Shown here piece by piece: positions 30,262-38,709 of a stretch of DNA of 64,000 bases. Both the position numbers and the translations under genes were made by a program. Below the pieces are notes generated by a model. It was not told the DNA's origin. It saw nothing but the letters and a program-made list of their open reading frames with translations, and made no database searches. This DNA comes from a virus (Duplodnaviria; Caudoviricetes). Numbering within the stretch: the stretch's first letter is position 1; every line of letters begins with the position of its first letter. The DNA lies in the IMG/VR virus record IMGVR_UViG_3300048852_000007, positions 11,893-75,892 of that record; one strand, given 5' to 3'.

Positions 30262-31851
30262 TCACACGATGTAGGAAGACAGACCGCTCTTCTCGGCTTC
30301 CGGTGTGTCTGCGTCCCACGGATCGGCTTCCTGAGTGACAGACGGTGCCGCCTCAGACGGTTTCCAGGGGGTCAGGTACCCAAGCATAGATATAGTATCG
30401 AGGAAGTCGTCCTTCCCCTTCAGACCGCTCATGGTCGCCAGACGGATCTGGCCCATGCAATGTCCCATAATAATAGAGTGTTTTATCTCCTCAGGGAAAT
30501 ACATCATTCCTGATTTGAACCAGGGAACAACCAGGTTGAGCCGGGTGAGCTTGTCCACGACTGGGCGAATGCCTGGTTCACCGCTCTTCTCGGAGCTGGC
30601 GAAGTTGAACCAGATGTTCCGGTTCATCATCTCGCCCTGAAGCCACTTGATGTAGGACTGCTGCTGGCCAGTGACCTCGATGCCCACCTGCTGGGGCTTG
30701 TATTTTTGAACCAGACGGAAGAGATCATTCCAGGTCTTGTCGATGCCCTGGCGTTCGCAGATCCCATCCACCCAGAACCAGTGACCCAGGTGGTTATAGG
30801 CCCAGACCGAGATCACGCTGAAGTCTGCCGTGGTCTTGGTGGAGGTGGCGATGTCTGTAGTGATGTAGAAGTTAAAATTACCCATGTGCTGGAGCAGCTG
30901 CGCCCGTGAATACCAGCGAATCTCCGCGTCCTGGATCAGGCGCTCCTCTTCCGAGGTAATCCGCAGCATGAGTTCCTGGAAGAAGCCGGCAAGCTTGCCT
31001 GTCTTCACAGCCATGTCATACTGCTCTTGGACGTAATCAAAGGAGAAGCGGTCTTCCCATGCGCCCACAAACTCTTCTCTATTACATGGAAATCGTTCAC
31101 AGACTGGCCAGACGTTTACGTCCCAAGCCCCGCTCTCGACCGCTTCGATGAGGATGTCTTCTTTTGAGAAGGGCGTGCCGTTGAAGATAACCTTACGGCG
31201 CGTCGGATCGAGGGCATGGTTTACCCCCTTGTAGACCGTATCCTTGATAGCGAGCATGGCGGCTTTACTCTTGGAGTCGTCATCGCTCACCAGATCGTCC
31301 AGAATGGCAATCACCGGACGCTTACCAAAGATCTTGGTGCCACGCAGTCCAGTCTTGGCACCGAACATCTTAACACCCAGACGATTCCCTTCTTTACCAA
31401 TGAACTCCATATAGTTGTCCGTGAAGGACGCCTCTGGAATCCATTGCTGTAGGAACTCGCTGTTGTTGTAGCGGAACTCAATGTTCTTCCGGGCAGACTT
31501 AACGCCGTTCTCCATGGAGTCGGAGACGTAGATCATCCCCTCAATCTTCCCGAAGTCCGGGATATGGCCGAACATCGCCACGAAGAGGGTGAAGTATTCC
31601 ATGAAGAGCGTGGTCTTCGCCGCTCCACGGAAGCAGAGATTGGCAATGTAGGAACCAGGTGAGATCACCTTGTCCAGCATCTTCAGATGGACAGGGGGAG
31701 TCTTATGGCTCTCTCCCTCCTTGCCGTTCACCAGCTTGATGAAGTTCATGAAGGTGAGGGCGAACTCACTCGGCAGGTAGTCCGGGGAGTTGAGCTCGGC
31801 ATAGCTGACCTGGTTCAGCCACTCATCCAGCTCCTGCTTAATGAGCGTCAC
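30262..31851 (-). CDS. terL: Terminase large subunit (N4 gp68-like)
   Basis: CFRGAAKTT Walker A, ILDDL Walker B, YITTDIAT and KDDFLDTISML nuclease motifs. Confidence 0.95.
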   Translation of the reverse strand: MTLIKQELDEWLNQVSYAELNSPDYLPSEFALTFMNFIKLVNGKEGESHKTPPVHLKMLDKVISPGSYIANLCFRGAAKTTLFMEYFTLFVAMFGHIPDFGKIEGMIYVSDSMENGVKSARKNIEFRYNNSEFLQQWIPEASFTDNYMEFIGKEGNRLGVKMFGAKTGLRGTKIFGKRPVIAILDDLVSDDDSKSKAAMLAIKDTVYKGVNHALDPTRRKVIFNGTPFSKEDILIEAVESGAWDVNVWPVCERFPCNREEFVGAWEDRFSFDYVQEQYDMAVKTGKLAGFFQELMLRITSEEERLIQDAEIRWYSRAQLLQHMGNFNFYITTDIATSTKTTADFSVISVWAYNHLGHWFWVDGICERQGIDKTWNDLFRLVQKYKPQQVGIEVTGQQQSYIKWLQGEMMNRNIWFNFASSEKSGEPGIRPVVDKLTRLNLVVPWFKSGMMYFPEEIKHSIIMGHCMGQIRLATMSGLKGKDDFLDTISMLGYLTPWKPSEAAPSVTQEADPWDADTPEAEKSGLSSYIV

Positions 31852-32536
31852 TGGTCACATCCTCAGACACCACATCAATGATCCTCTGGGCGGCAATCTC
31901 CTTCGGAGAGGCCCCTCCCTGGATGGCCTGGCGCTGTCCCTGAGCCAGCTGGGTCAGGAGGGTCTTCAGCTCGTTCATGCCGGAGGTCTCCCGCATGTCG
32001 ATGTTCACCAGAGGCCCGGCTTCCTTCGGCTTGCCGAGGTGGGTGAGGATCGAGTTGGCGGCATCGGAGCGGACCTTCTCGCTGTTGGCGTTCAGCATGA
32101 GGTCGGCCTGGGTGTTGAGCGCCTTCTGGTAGAGATCCTGGTTCAGGACCCAAGAGGGAACCAGGGACTGCTCCAGGATCATGTTCACCAGCTTGCCTCG
32201 GGCATATGCCGCGACATATGCGCTGATGTCCTTGGTGGTGGTGCCCTTGGCAACCAGAGCCTGGTACCGCTGCGGGAAGGTGCGGATATAGGCGTCCTGG
32301 TTCGACATCCCCATCAGCTTGAAGCTGACGTAGGTGACAGCGTGCAGGTAGTCCTCGGTCTTGAACTTCCCGTCCCGGAGCACACCCGAGTAGGAGAGGA
32401 AGTTCGAGCGTACCTGCTCAGCGATGAGAGGGTCCGAGACGATGTTGTTGATCTGGTCGGTCAGAGCCTGGGTCGCCGCCACCTTCAGATTGGCAGGCAA
32501 CGCCTTCTCGACCATCTCACGCGATAGCATCTTCAA
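31838..32536 (-). CDS. N4 gp69-like protein (candidate terminase small subunit)
   Basis: 232 aa; SEKVRSDAANSILTHL motif; overlaps the terL start. Confidence 0.75.
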   Translation of the reverse strand: MKMLSREMVEKALPANLKVAATQALTDQINNIVSDPLIAEQVRSNFLSYSGVLRDGKFKTEDYLHAVTYVSFKLMGMSNQDAYIRTFPQRYQALVAKGTTTKDISAYVAAYARGKLVNMILEQSLVPSWVLNQDLYQKALNTQADLMLNANSEKVRSDAANSILTHLGKPKEAGPLVNIDMRETSGMNELKTLLTQLAQGQRQAIQGGASPKEIAAQRIIDVVSEDVTSDAH

Positions 32537-32937
32537 CGCCCTCGGTTCGGTGTCACAGGGGGCGGCAGCAACACGCCATTCGGCTCGACCCGTCGGAAAT
32601 AGTCCTGGAGCTCCTCAAGGGACTGCCAGTGCAGATTCGCCGGACCTGGGAGGAAATGGTCTCGACCATCTTGCTGGGACCATTGACCACCCAGCATCCC
32701 GTCTCGGCCGTGGTACTGGCTCTGATCAGAGAAGGTTGGGTGATTGGGCTTCTTGAAGGTGTCAGGGAAATGCCCTCGACCGTCTCCGGTCAGACCCTGG
32801 CTCCAGGCTCCGCGCATGTCATAGTCATACATATCCCGGAGACGGTTGTTCTCCGTCGCCCACTTCTGGAACGCTGCTTCCCGATCTGGGTCGAGCTGCG
32901 TGTTGAAGTGCTCAGAGAGGTCACGAGGGTCAGCCAT
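32533..32937 (-). CDS. Conserved phage hypothetical protein
   Basis: YDYDMRGAW and GHFPDTFKKPNHPTFSDQSQY motifs; start at ATG 32937. Confidence 0.7.
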   Translation of the reverse strand: MADPRDLSEHFNTQLDPDREAAFQKWATENNRLRDMYDYDMRGAWSQGLTGDGRGHFPDTFKKPNHPTFSDQSQYHGRDGMLGGQWSQQDGRDHFLPGPANLHWQSLEELQDYFRRVEPNGVLLPPPVTPNRGR

Positions 32938-32939
32938 GA

Positions 32940-33158
32940 TCAGTGGGTCTTCTGCTGTAGCGAGCTCAGGGCAAGGATGACCAGGACACAATCAGCAATC
33001 GCGTCGTTGTAGACCTCCTCCTCAAGCTCCTCAGGATTCATCAGGGCTTCTTCGGCGCAGGCTTCTGCCGCGTCATGCTTCCCCCGCTCGTAGCCATGAG
33101 CGCAGCCAAGGCGGTACGCCTCAGCCTCTTCAGGCGTCATGCTGACAACCTTAATCAT
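32940..33158 (-). CDS. Small hypothetical protein
   Basis: 72 aa, overlap-coupled to neighbours. Confidence 0.6.
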   Translation of the reverse strand: MIKVVSMTPEEAEAYRLGCAHGYERGKHDAAEACAEEALMNPEELEEEVYNDAIADCVLVILALSSLQQKTH

Positions 33159-33346
33159 CGGGAAGCCACCTGCTGCTCGATGCATTCGGCGTGGACAACG
33201 ACATAGCCCTCAGGGATCCAGCCCCTGGACCAGATCACCGCCTCAGGGCAGCTGCGAGCCTGGATCTTCAGGTTCTCGCAGTCATCCCCAAGCTGGCCGT
33301 TCTCGACGTTGCAGACGATCAGGGACAGCAGAACCAGGAAGGTCAT
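33155..33346 (-). CDS. Small protein with hydrophobic N-terminus and Cys residues
   Basis: MTFLVLLSLIVC start, 63 aa, ATGA overlaps. Confidence 0.55.
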   Translation of the reverse strand: MTFLVLLSLIVCNVENGQLGDDCENLKIQARSCPEAVIWSRGWIPEGYVVVHAECIEQQVASR

Positions 33347-33534
33347 GCCGGCGGCTCCATGGTGCGGATGGTGTCGGCAATAACCTGCGCCGTGTTGTTC
33401 ACGGCTGGCGTGTTGCTGCCCGTCCAAGATATGGCACGGGCGATAGCCCTCTCCCTCGCCTGCTCGAAGCCCTCTGCCAGGCCCTTGCGACAAGCCTCAG
33501 CCTCCCCCATCGTCATGCTGCTGGTGTCGATCAT
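33343..33534 (-). CDS. Small hypothetical protein
   Basis: 63 aa, overlap-coupled. Confidence 0.55.
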   Translation of the reverse strand: MIDTSSMTMGEAEACRKGLAEGFEQARERAIARAISWTGSNTPAVNNTAQVIADTIRTMEPPA

Positions 33535-33695
33535 CGGACGTTCTCCAGGGTCTTCCAGCCGGACGGCTCTTCTTTCTTCTTCGTGAAATCCACATGGATG
33601 ACGTTGTGGTCCTCGAAGACAAGCTTGGCTTTGGTGAGATCGAAGCTCAGCTTCTCACTGGCTCGACGGATCTCGGACTGCTCCCGTCTAGCCAT
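33531..33695 (-). CDS. Small hypothetical protein
   Basis: 54 aa from ATG 33695; NVIHVDF motif. Confidence 0.5.
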   Translation of the reverse strand: MARREQSEIRRASEKLSFDLTKAKLVFEDHNVIHVDFTKKKEEPSGWKTLENVR

Positions 33696-34128
33696 TGCTG
33701 GCGCCCTTCTCCCGAAGCATGAGCTCAAGGCGAGCCAGAGCATTCCAAGCTTCGTGCGCTGCATGAAGCAGGTTGCTGTCTGGGTCATGAGTCTCGCCCA
33801 TCGCCTCGTAGAGCATGTGACGGCTACGGGCGTCGGAGTACCGCTCGATCCCGTTCGGCACACTCATCCAACCGTTCGGCGTGTACTTCTTCGCACCGAA
33901 GGTTCCGACCTTGGCAACCTCCATTAGGGCACGAGCAAAGCCTCCCAGAACCAGGGAGACCATCGGCTTGCCGGCATCCAGCTTGGCACCGGGGGAGTGT
34001 GCGTCGATGCCGTTCGGATCTTTCTCCACGGCAGTAGGCTTCTGTGATGCCAACTGGCGCTTGATCTCTGCGATAGTTTCAGCAGACGGGGACGGCGTGA
34101 AGGGGAGCTGATCGACGATGTGATTCAT
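33688..34128 (-). CDS. dATP/dGTP diphosphohydrolase domain protein (DUF5664-like)
   Basis: GAKLDAGKP.VSLV, VAKVGTFGAKKY.PNGW, RY.DA..RH and HAAHEAWNAL motifs. Confidence 0.85.
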   Translation of the reverse strand: MNHIVDQLPFTPSPSAETIAEIKRQLASQKPTAVEKDPNGIDAHSPGAKLDAGKPMVSLVLGGFARALMEVAKVGTFGAKKYTPNGWMSVPNGIERYSDARSRHMLYEAMGETHDPDSNLLHAAHEAWNALARLELMLREKGASNG

Positions 34129-34535
34129 TGACGGCCACCATTCGGGAGGGTGCGCAGCATCCGAGTGACGCCACGGGTTTCTTGACGGGAGAGGATCCGG
34201 GATTCCGGGAGATCGGTGCAGCTCAGCAGGAAAGTGCCGAAGCCTGGGTCACGTCCGACTTCCAGCACCCGCTGCCCGCGCAGAAGGAAGTGCTCGACTT
34301 CCATGGCTACGCCGGAACCAATGAGACCACCGGGGAAGGGGAGAAAGACGCAGCCATCACAGGCAGGCAGCACCCGATCCAGGAAGTAATCCATACCATC
34401 CTTGGCATAGCCTTCCTGATGGTGCGGTTGGTTCGGGTTCTCGATGGTGAGCCCAAAGCGTTGCAGAGCTTCGACCAGCTTCTCCTCGAAGCCTGTGCCG
34501 TAGTCCGAGATCGGATGTGCGAAGTAGTAGCTCAT
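34125..34535 (-). CDS. Nucleoside 2-deoxyribosyltransferase-like protein
   Basis: YFAHPI N-terminus, ENPN, CDGCVFL and GSGVAMEV motifs. Confidence 0.65.
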   Translation of the reverse strand: MSYYFAHPISDYGTGFEEKLVEALQRFGLTIENPNQPHHQEGYAKDGMDYFLDRVLPACDGCVFLPFPGGLIGSGVAMEVEHFLLRGQRVLEVGRDPGFGTFLLSCTDLPESRILSRQETRGVTRMLRTLPNGGRQ

Positions 34536-34754
34536 TCACCCATCCTCCCAAGCGCTAGAGCGATACCGATCGTGACCACAAGGCTGATGGCTCCGTAGCC
34601 AAGCAGGAGCCAGACAACGGCGTTCATGCTTCCACCTTCTCGGTTTGCTTGGTGGCGTTGGCAGCGGCGATGTAGTGGGCGATGATCATTTCCCGCCAAG
34701 CTGCTCGGCCCTTCTCATAGACATCCTGCCTCGGCTCTTGCTTTGCGTGCTCGG

Positions 34755-35993
34755 TCATGCGGCACCGCGCAGGTGCGAGCGGGCCAGGACGTTCACCCTG
34801 GTGCGGCTCTCTTCACCTTCGTCGTAGTGGTAGGTGATGGCCTGGACGGAGTGACCGGAGCGCCAGCCACCATTGGTGGCGTAGGCATCCCGAGAGGCGA
34901 GAGTCTGAAAGCTCTCGACCCGGACACCGGCCTTCTCGACCGCACGCTCATGATGGATGTGCGCGGTGAAGAAAGCCCGGTACTCGGTGTTCCCCCAATC
35001 CTTCGCACGATCACAGGCCATCATGCCGGGCAGCTCACCCTGCTTGATGGTATGGCCGTGAGTGGCGCCCCAGAGATTCTTACCGAAGCGCCGGTACCAG
35101 GCGAGGGAAGGGGAGGTGTAGACGCTGACCCGCTCGTGCTTCCGGTAGTAGAGCTGGAGCGCCACCCGCAGGGCTACGGCCACCTCCGGATCATGATTAC
35201 CGGGGAGCATGACTACCTCGACCTGCTCATGCTTCTGGAGCATGAAGTCGATGATCTCCAGCAGCAGATCAGCGCCGGCTTCCAGCACCTGCGGGAAGCG
35301 ACCATCCACATCGAGCTGGTGGCCAGACGCTGGGGTGACATTCTTCTGGTCGTTGGCGTGCAGGAAGTCGCCAAGGTTCAGCAGGGTGGCGGTCTTGCTG
35401 GGCGGGGCTTTGGAGATGAGCGAGCGATAGGCAGCCCGAGCACGAGCTATCGCAATTCCTACATCGTAGTCGTCGCCGGTCTCTCGCCCCCAGCTGTACA
35501 TCCCGAGGTGTAGGTCAGCGAGCGGGTAGATCGTGTGGGTGTCAGCGTCCGAGTAGTCCGGGGCCTGAACCAGAGGAGCCAGGCCCTCGAACCGCTCAAA
35601 GGCCGACTGCAACGCCTCGACCAGGCCCTGACCCAGGGCACCATCACGGGTCTTGGTCCACTTGAGGACCAGACGGCCCTCAGCGTCGGTAGCGAAGCTC
35701 TCACCCTTAATAAGGTGACCAGGCAGCGGCTGGTACACCTCACCAGGTGCCGAGGCCATGGTGATCGACTGACCCTTGAGGTCGCCGTGCTTGTCGTAGG
35801 AAGCCGAGTGCTTCTTGACGACAAAGCCCTGAGAAGGGGTGGTCACCGATGGTGGGGCCACAGCCGCAGTCTTCTCAAGGGACTTGGCCAGGCGACGCCG
35901 GAGGGTGCTCTCCGGGATACCCAGGGCACGGGCCGCAGCCCGCTTGGTCTCATGCGCCGCTATGGCGTCCTGGATCTCATCGAGGGTGGGCAT
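34755..35993 (-). CDS. HTH plus calcineurin-like metallophosphoesterase
   Basis: RAAARALGIPESTLRRRL HTH; DLHLG, GDFLH, GNHD, THGH and HIHH metal motifs. Confidence 0.85.
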   Translation of the reverse strand: MPTLDEIQDAIAAHETKRAAARALGIPESTLRRRLAKSLEKTAAVAPPSVTTPSQGFVVKKHSASYDKHGDLKGQSITMASAPGEVYQPLPGHLIKGESFATDAEGRLVLKWTKTRDGALGQGLVEALQSAFERFEGLAPLVQAPDYSDADTHTIYPLADLHLGMYSWGRETGDDYDVGIAIARARAAYRSLISKAPPSKTATLLNLGDFLHANDQKNVTPASGHQLDVDGRFPQVLEAGADLLLEIIDFMLQKHEQVEVVMLPGNHDPEVAVALRVALQLYYRKHERVSVYTSPSLAWYRRFGKNLWGATHGHTIKQGELPGMMACDRAKDWGNTEYRAFFTAHIHHERAVEKAGVRVESFQTLASRDAYATNGGWRSGHSVQAITYHYDEGEESRTRVNVLARSHLRGAA

Positions 35994-36145
35994 CACTGCT
36001 TGGCCTCACGACCGTAGGCCCGGAGCCAGAAGACATTGGCTCTCTCTTGGACGGCTTGCGCTTCGGCATGGCGTCCCTGGGAGCCAAGGAGGGCGACCTC
36101 CGCGAAGAGCTCCTGTGCCTGGTTCCAGGCTTCTGGGTCGCGCAT
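35993..36145 (-). CDS. Small hypothetical protein
   Basis: 50 aa with TGATG overlaps at both ends. Confidence 0.5.
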   Translation of the reverse strand: MRDPEAWNQAQELFAEVALLGSQGRHAEAQAVQERANVFWLRAYGREAKQ

Positions 36146-36723
36146 CAGGACTTCGCCTTCTCGGCACGGTCGATGCGGCGGCCGAGGTCACAGGCGTAGC
36201 TGTTCATCGCCTGGGCCTGGCAGCGCAGATCCTTCTGATCGGCGGGCAGGACGTAGCTGAAAGCCGGGGTCTTCATGAAAGCCACCAGCTTCGACAGCTT
36301 GGCGATCAGTTGATCCCGTTCCTGCTTGGCGCGATCGAGCCAGGTGAGGGCGGCAGCCTTCTCAGCCTGGTGGAGCTTGGTCCGCAGCTCGTAGCCCAGC
36401 AGCGACCAGATCTTGTTGATGGCATCCTGCCGAGCGATTCGCTGGCCGATGTCCTGCTTGTAGTTCGCTGGGTCAGCACAGGCGCTCTGGCCGGTGACCG
36501 TGAAGCCGTTCTTCAGAACCAGGACGCAGAAGGTGAGGAGGCCCAGGGCCTCGATGCTTTTCGGAACTTCCCAGTTCTCTTGGTACTGGCCGTTGCCCCC
36601 GGATCCATGGGCGCCGTCAAGAGCAGTGAAGTAGTGCTCCGAGGCGATAGTATTCTCGACTTCCTCTAAAGTAACTCGCGTTCCGAGCTTGCGTTCCTCT
36701 AACTCATGTTCAGTAACGGTCAC
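36145..36723 (-). CDS. Phage N4 gp49/Sf6 gp66 family protein with C-terminal helical extension
   Basis: LTFCVLVLKNGFTVTGQSAC.DP.NY...IG..IAR..A..KIW.LLGY signature. Confidence 0.85.
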   Translation of the reverse strand: MTVTEHELEERKLGTRVTLEEVENTIASEHYFTALDGAHGSGGNGQYQENWEVPKSIEALGLLTFCVLVLKNGFTVTGQSACADPANYKQDIGQRIARQDAINKIWSLLGYELRTKLHQAEKAAALTWLDRAKQERDQLIAKLSKLVAFMKTPAFSYVLPADQKDLRCQAQAMNSYACDLGRRIDRAEKAKS

Positions 36724-36794
36724 GGTCGTGTCCCTATCGGATCGTCTAGTTACCCTTTAGGGTTAATATCGCCAACGCGACATACAATTTATGA

Positions 36795-36823
36795 TTGACA
36801 AGGAACCGTCTCGTATTAGATAT
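36795..36823 (+). promoter_or_regulatory. Candidate host sigma70 promoter
   Basis: Perfect TTGACA at 36795 and AGATAT after a 17-nt spacer, in an AT-rich divergent intergenic gap. Confidence 0.5.
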
Positions 36824-36829
36824 GAGGGT

Positions 36830-37008
36830 ACGCCTGGATGGCGTGTGTGCCCGACCCCAGCGGATAGTGGGGAAATAACTTCCGCAGCTGATGGATTCGC
36901 GCTCCGGGATCTGAATCAGCCGCAGACCTGACTGCGCTATCAAAGGGAAGGCTTTGAAAATCAAAGCAGGGGGGAGGGAGTCTGGCCGCTCTCTCCCCCT
37001 TCTTCTTT
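36830..37008 (+). ncRNA. Candidate structured small RNA
   Basis: Consecutive hairpins between the promoter and a terminator, with no credible ORF. Confidence 0.4.
36968..37008 (+). terminator. Intrinsic terminator
   Basis: GGGGGAGGGAG/CTCTCTCCCCC stem followed by TTCTTCTTT. Confidence 0.75.
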
Positions 37009-37224
37009 GTCTACAATTCCCTACATCACGAAATTGTTCTCAAACTTGGATCTAGTTTGGGGTTGTGTATCGCAGCGTAACTGCGGCATCTTGCGCGCGT
37101 TGGATCGCTGCTGATGAGAACGCTCCCGGCCAGGGGACTCCCCTCAGAGAGCAGCATCTGGCTGAGGCCGTCGATGTAGGTCGCCGTCCCCGCCGCTGGG
37201 TGAAAAGCCCCCGGAACCTTTCGA

Positions 37225-37262
37225 AAGCCCTCGATCTCCCCGTCGGAGGTCGGGGGTTTTCT
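37225..37262 (+). terminator. Terminator/attenuator hairpin just upstream of an RBS
   Basis: CCCTCGATCTCC..GGAGGTCGGGGG stem with GU pairs, then TTTTCT. Confidence 0.65.
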
Positions 37263-37288
37263 CGTATTTGAGCCAAGGAGGCATATCC

Positions 37289-37576
37289 ATGCCGGTGACC
37301 AAAGTCACCATCAACGGCATCCCATTCTCCCTGAGCGACACCCTCAAGCGCGATCTGAGCGATGCCCTGCTGCTTGAGGTTCGTCGGTTTGCCCAGATCG
37401 CCGTTACTTATGTTGACGAGGATCCCCTGACGGGCTCCACCATTGACCGCAGCCATATAAGAGAAGCCGCTATCTTCGACGGTCTGATGTCCCAGCTCAT
37501 GCACGGCGCCCTCTGGGGCTACAGCACCGCCGAGGCTGAGGCCCGTTGGGCGGATGCTCTGCACCTGGCTCGCTGA
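37289..37576 (+). CDS. Hypothetical protein
   Basis: 95 aa with AAGGAG RBS. Confidence 0.7.
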   Translation: MPVTKVTINGIPFSLSDTLKRDLSDALLLEVRRFAQIAVTYVDEDPLTGSTIDRSHIREAAIFDGLMSQLMHGALWGYSTAEAEARWADALHLAR

Positions 37577-37595
37577 ACCAAGGAGACCCCATCCC

Positions 37596-37808
37596 GTGGC
37601 CATGATGCTAGGTAATCTCTATGAGGCCCTGGTCTCGGGTAACGTGCCGCAAGACAAGGCCCAGAAGGCGGCCGAGGAGGTCGCCAGCTACGAGAACCGG
37701 ATCGCCAAGGTGGAGGCTGACTTGAGCACCCTCAAATGGATGGTCGGCACGAACATCGGCTTGACCCTCATCGTCATCGGCAAGCTCTTCCTGAGCTCAA
37801 CCACCTGA
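37596..37808 (+). CDS. Small coiled-coil membrane protein (DUF1640/CCDC90-like)
   Basis: LYEAL..G.VP.DKA.KAAEEVA and LSTLKWMVGTNIGL, C-terminal TM; GTG start after AAGGAG. Confidence 0.65.
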   Translation: MAMMLGNLYEALVSGNVPQDKAQKAAEEVASYENRIAKVEADLSTLKWMVGTNIGLTLIVIGKLFLSSTT

Positions 37809-37829
37809 ACCAAGGAGGTTCACACCCCC

Positions 37830-38174
37830 ATGCGTGGGCAGATGCTCATCATATCCCCGGATCCAGGGACAGCTCCTCGCCTGGTGGCTCTGGACCGTGC
37901 CCCCGAGCTTGCAGAACTCAAGGACGCCTTAGGCGGCGGTTACCTCGAAGCGATCCCCGGCTTCGACAACATCATCCAGGATGGGCTGATCCGTCCCTGC
38001 CTGGCGCTCTGCAATGAGGAGGGCAAGCTCCAGGAGCTGCCCATCAACCACCAGGCCCAGACCCTCTGGGTCAATGCCCTTGCCCGCAGGCATGGAACCA
38101 GTGACCCTCGGGACATCCTGGTTGGCCCGGTGGTGATCCTCTCAGGGGATAAGGAGTTCATGGCCGAGCTATAA
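37830..38174 (+). CDS. DUF3846-like protein
   Basis: LGGGYLEA, CNEEGKL.ELPIN and DILVGPVVI motifs. Confidence 0.7.
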   Translation: MRGQMLIISPDPGTAPRLVALDRAPELAELKDALGGGYLEAIPGFDNIIQDGLIRPCLALCNEEGKLQELPINHQAQTLWVNALARRHGTSDPRDILVGPVVILSGDKEFMAEL

Positions 38175-38189
38175 AGGAGAGGTGACTTG

Positions 38190-38639
38190 CCCTCCCTCAA
38201 CCTGAGGGCGTATGTACCCCCCCAGCTCCTAGAGCGGCGTGCCTAAGCCCACCCATCTCGGCCTCCAGAGGCAGATACCCCCAGGGGAAATCTCTCTTTC
38301 TTAAAAAGAAGAAGAGGTAACGGGAGAGGCTGTCTTGAGAATGGGATGAACCCATCCTCAAGAGGATCCTATGGCTCCGCACAACTCCAATTAGAATCAA
38401 CGACTTATAGGCAGATCCGGGTGGATCACGTCAAGGATTCTCCTCAAAGAAACCTGCATATATGCCCAGATTCTCAGCATATTTTTGAGGAAGGTCTGGG
38501 AGAAATTGATGGAGATGTACGAGAGCAGTTTGGTTCACCGTTACACTCTACACCGAGACTACCCCCCCGGCATTGATCTCTACACCATTACACCTACCCC
38601 CATCTTACACTCTACACCTGTTGTGTTGGCTCTAAGCCT
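38190..38639. other. Non-coding inverted-repeat-rich region, probable physical genome terminus
   Basis: No RBS-supported ORF; several hairpins; immediately upstream of the first vRNAP promoter and gp1, which open the N4 genome. Confidence 0.5.
38541..38618 (+). repeat. Direct repeats TTACACTCTACACC with partial TACACC copies between
   Basis: Exact 14-mer at 38541 and 38605. Confidence 0.8.
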
Positions 38640-38657
38640 GGTGCTCCGCACCTTGTA
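38640..38657 (+). promoter_or_regulatory. vRNAP hairpin promoter 1
   Basis: GGTGC-TCC-GCACC (template C-GGA-G loop as in N4 P2), then TTGTAGGAGG. Confidence 0.85.
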
Positions 38658-38709
38658 GGAGGTCTGTGTCCTCCTTCTCTTTGGCTCAACCCTATCGGAG
38701 TTCAAGACA

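Noticed and set aside
33688-34128. Z-DNA or 7-deazaguanine DNA modification pathway
   Set aside because: Only the diphosphohydrolase is present; no purZ, datZ, dpdA or que genes are seen in the window.
37195-37215. GGG-TG-AAAAG-CCC resembling the ykkC/guanidine-I 3' hairpin
   Set aside because: The other conserved ykkC elements (CTAGGGTTCC, GGTCCGAG, trailing GGGAG) cannot be matched.
37108-37230. CTGATGAG ... CGAAAG resembling a hammerhead core
   Set aside because: Stem II does not close onto GAAA, and no NUH cleavage triplet pairs with the GAAAG arm.
37065-37271. 68-aa ORF across the structured leader
   Set aside because: No RBS, and it runs through a terminator.
36723-38640. tRNA genes, common near N4-like genome ends
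   Set aside because: I found no GGTTCGANTCC T-arm with a cloverleaf on either strand by eye; tRNAscan-SE would be decisive.
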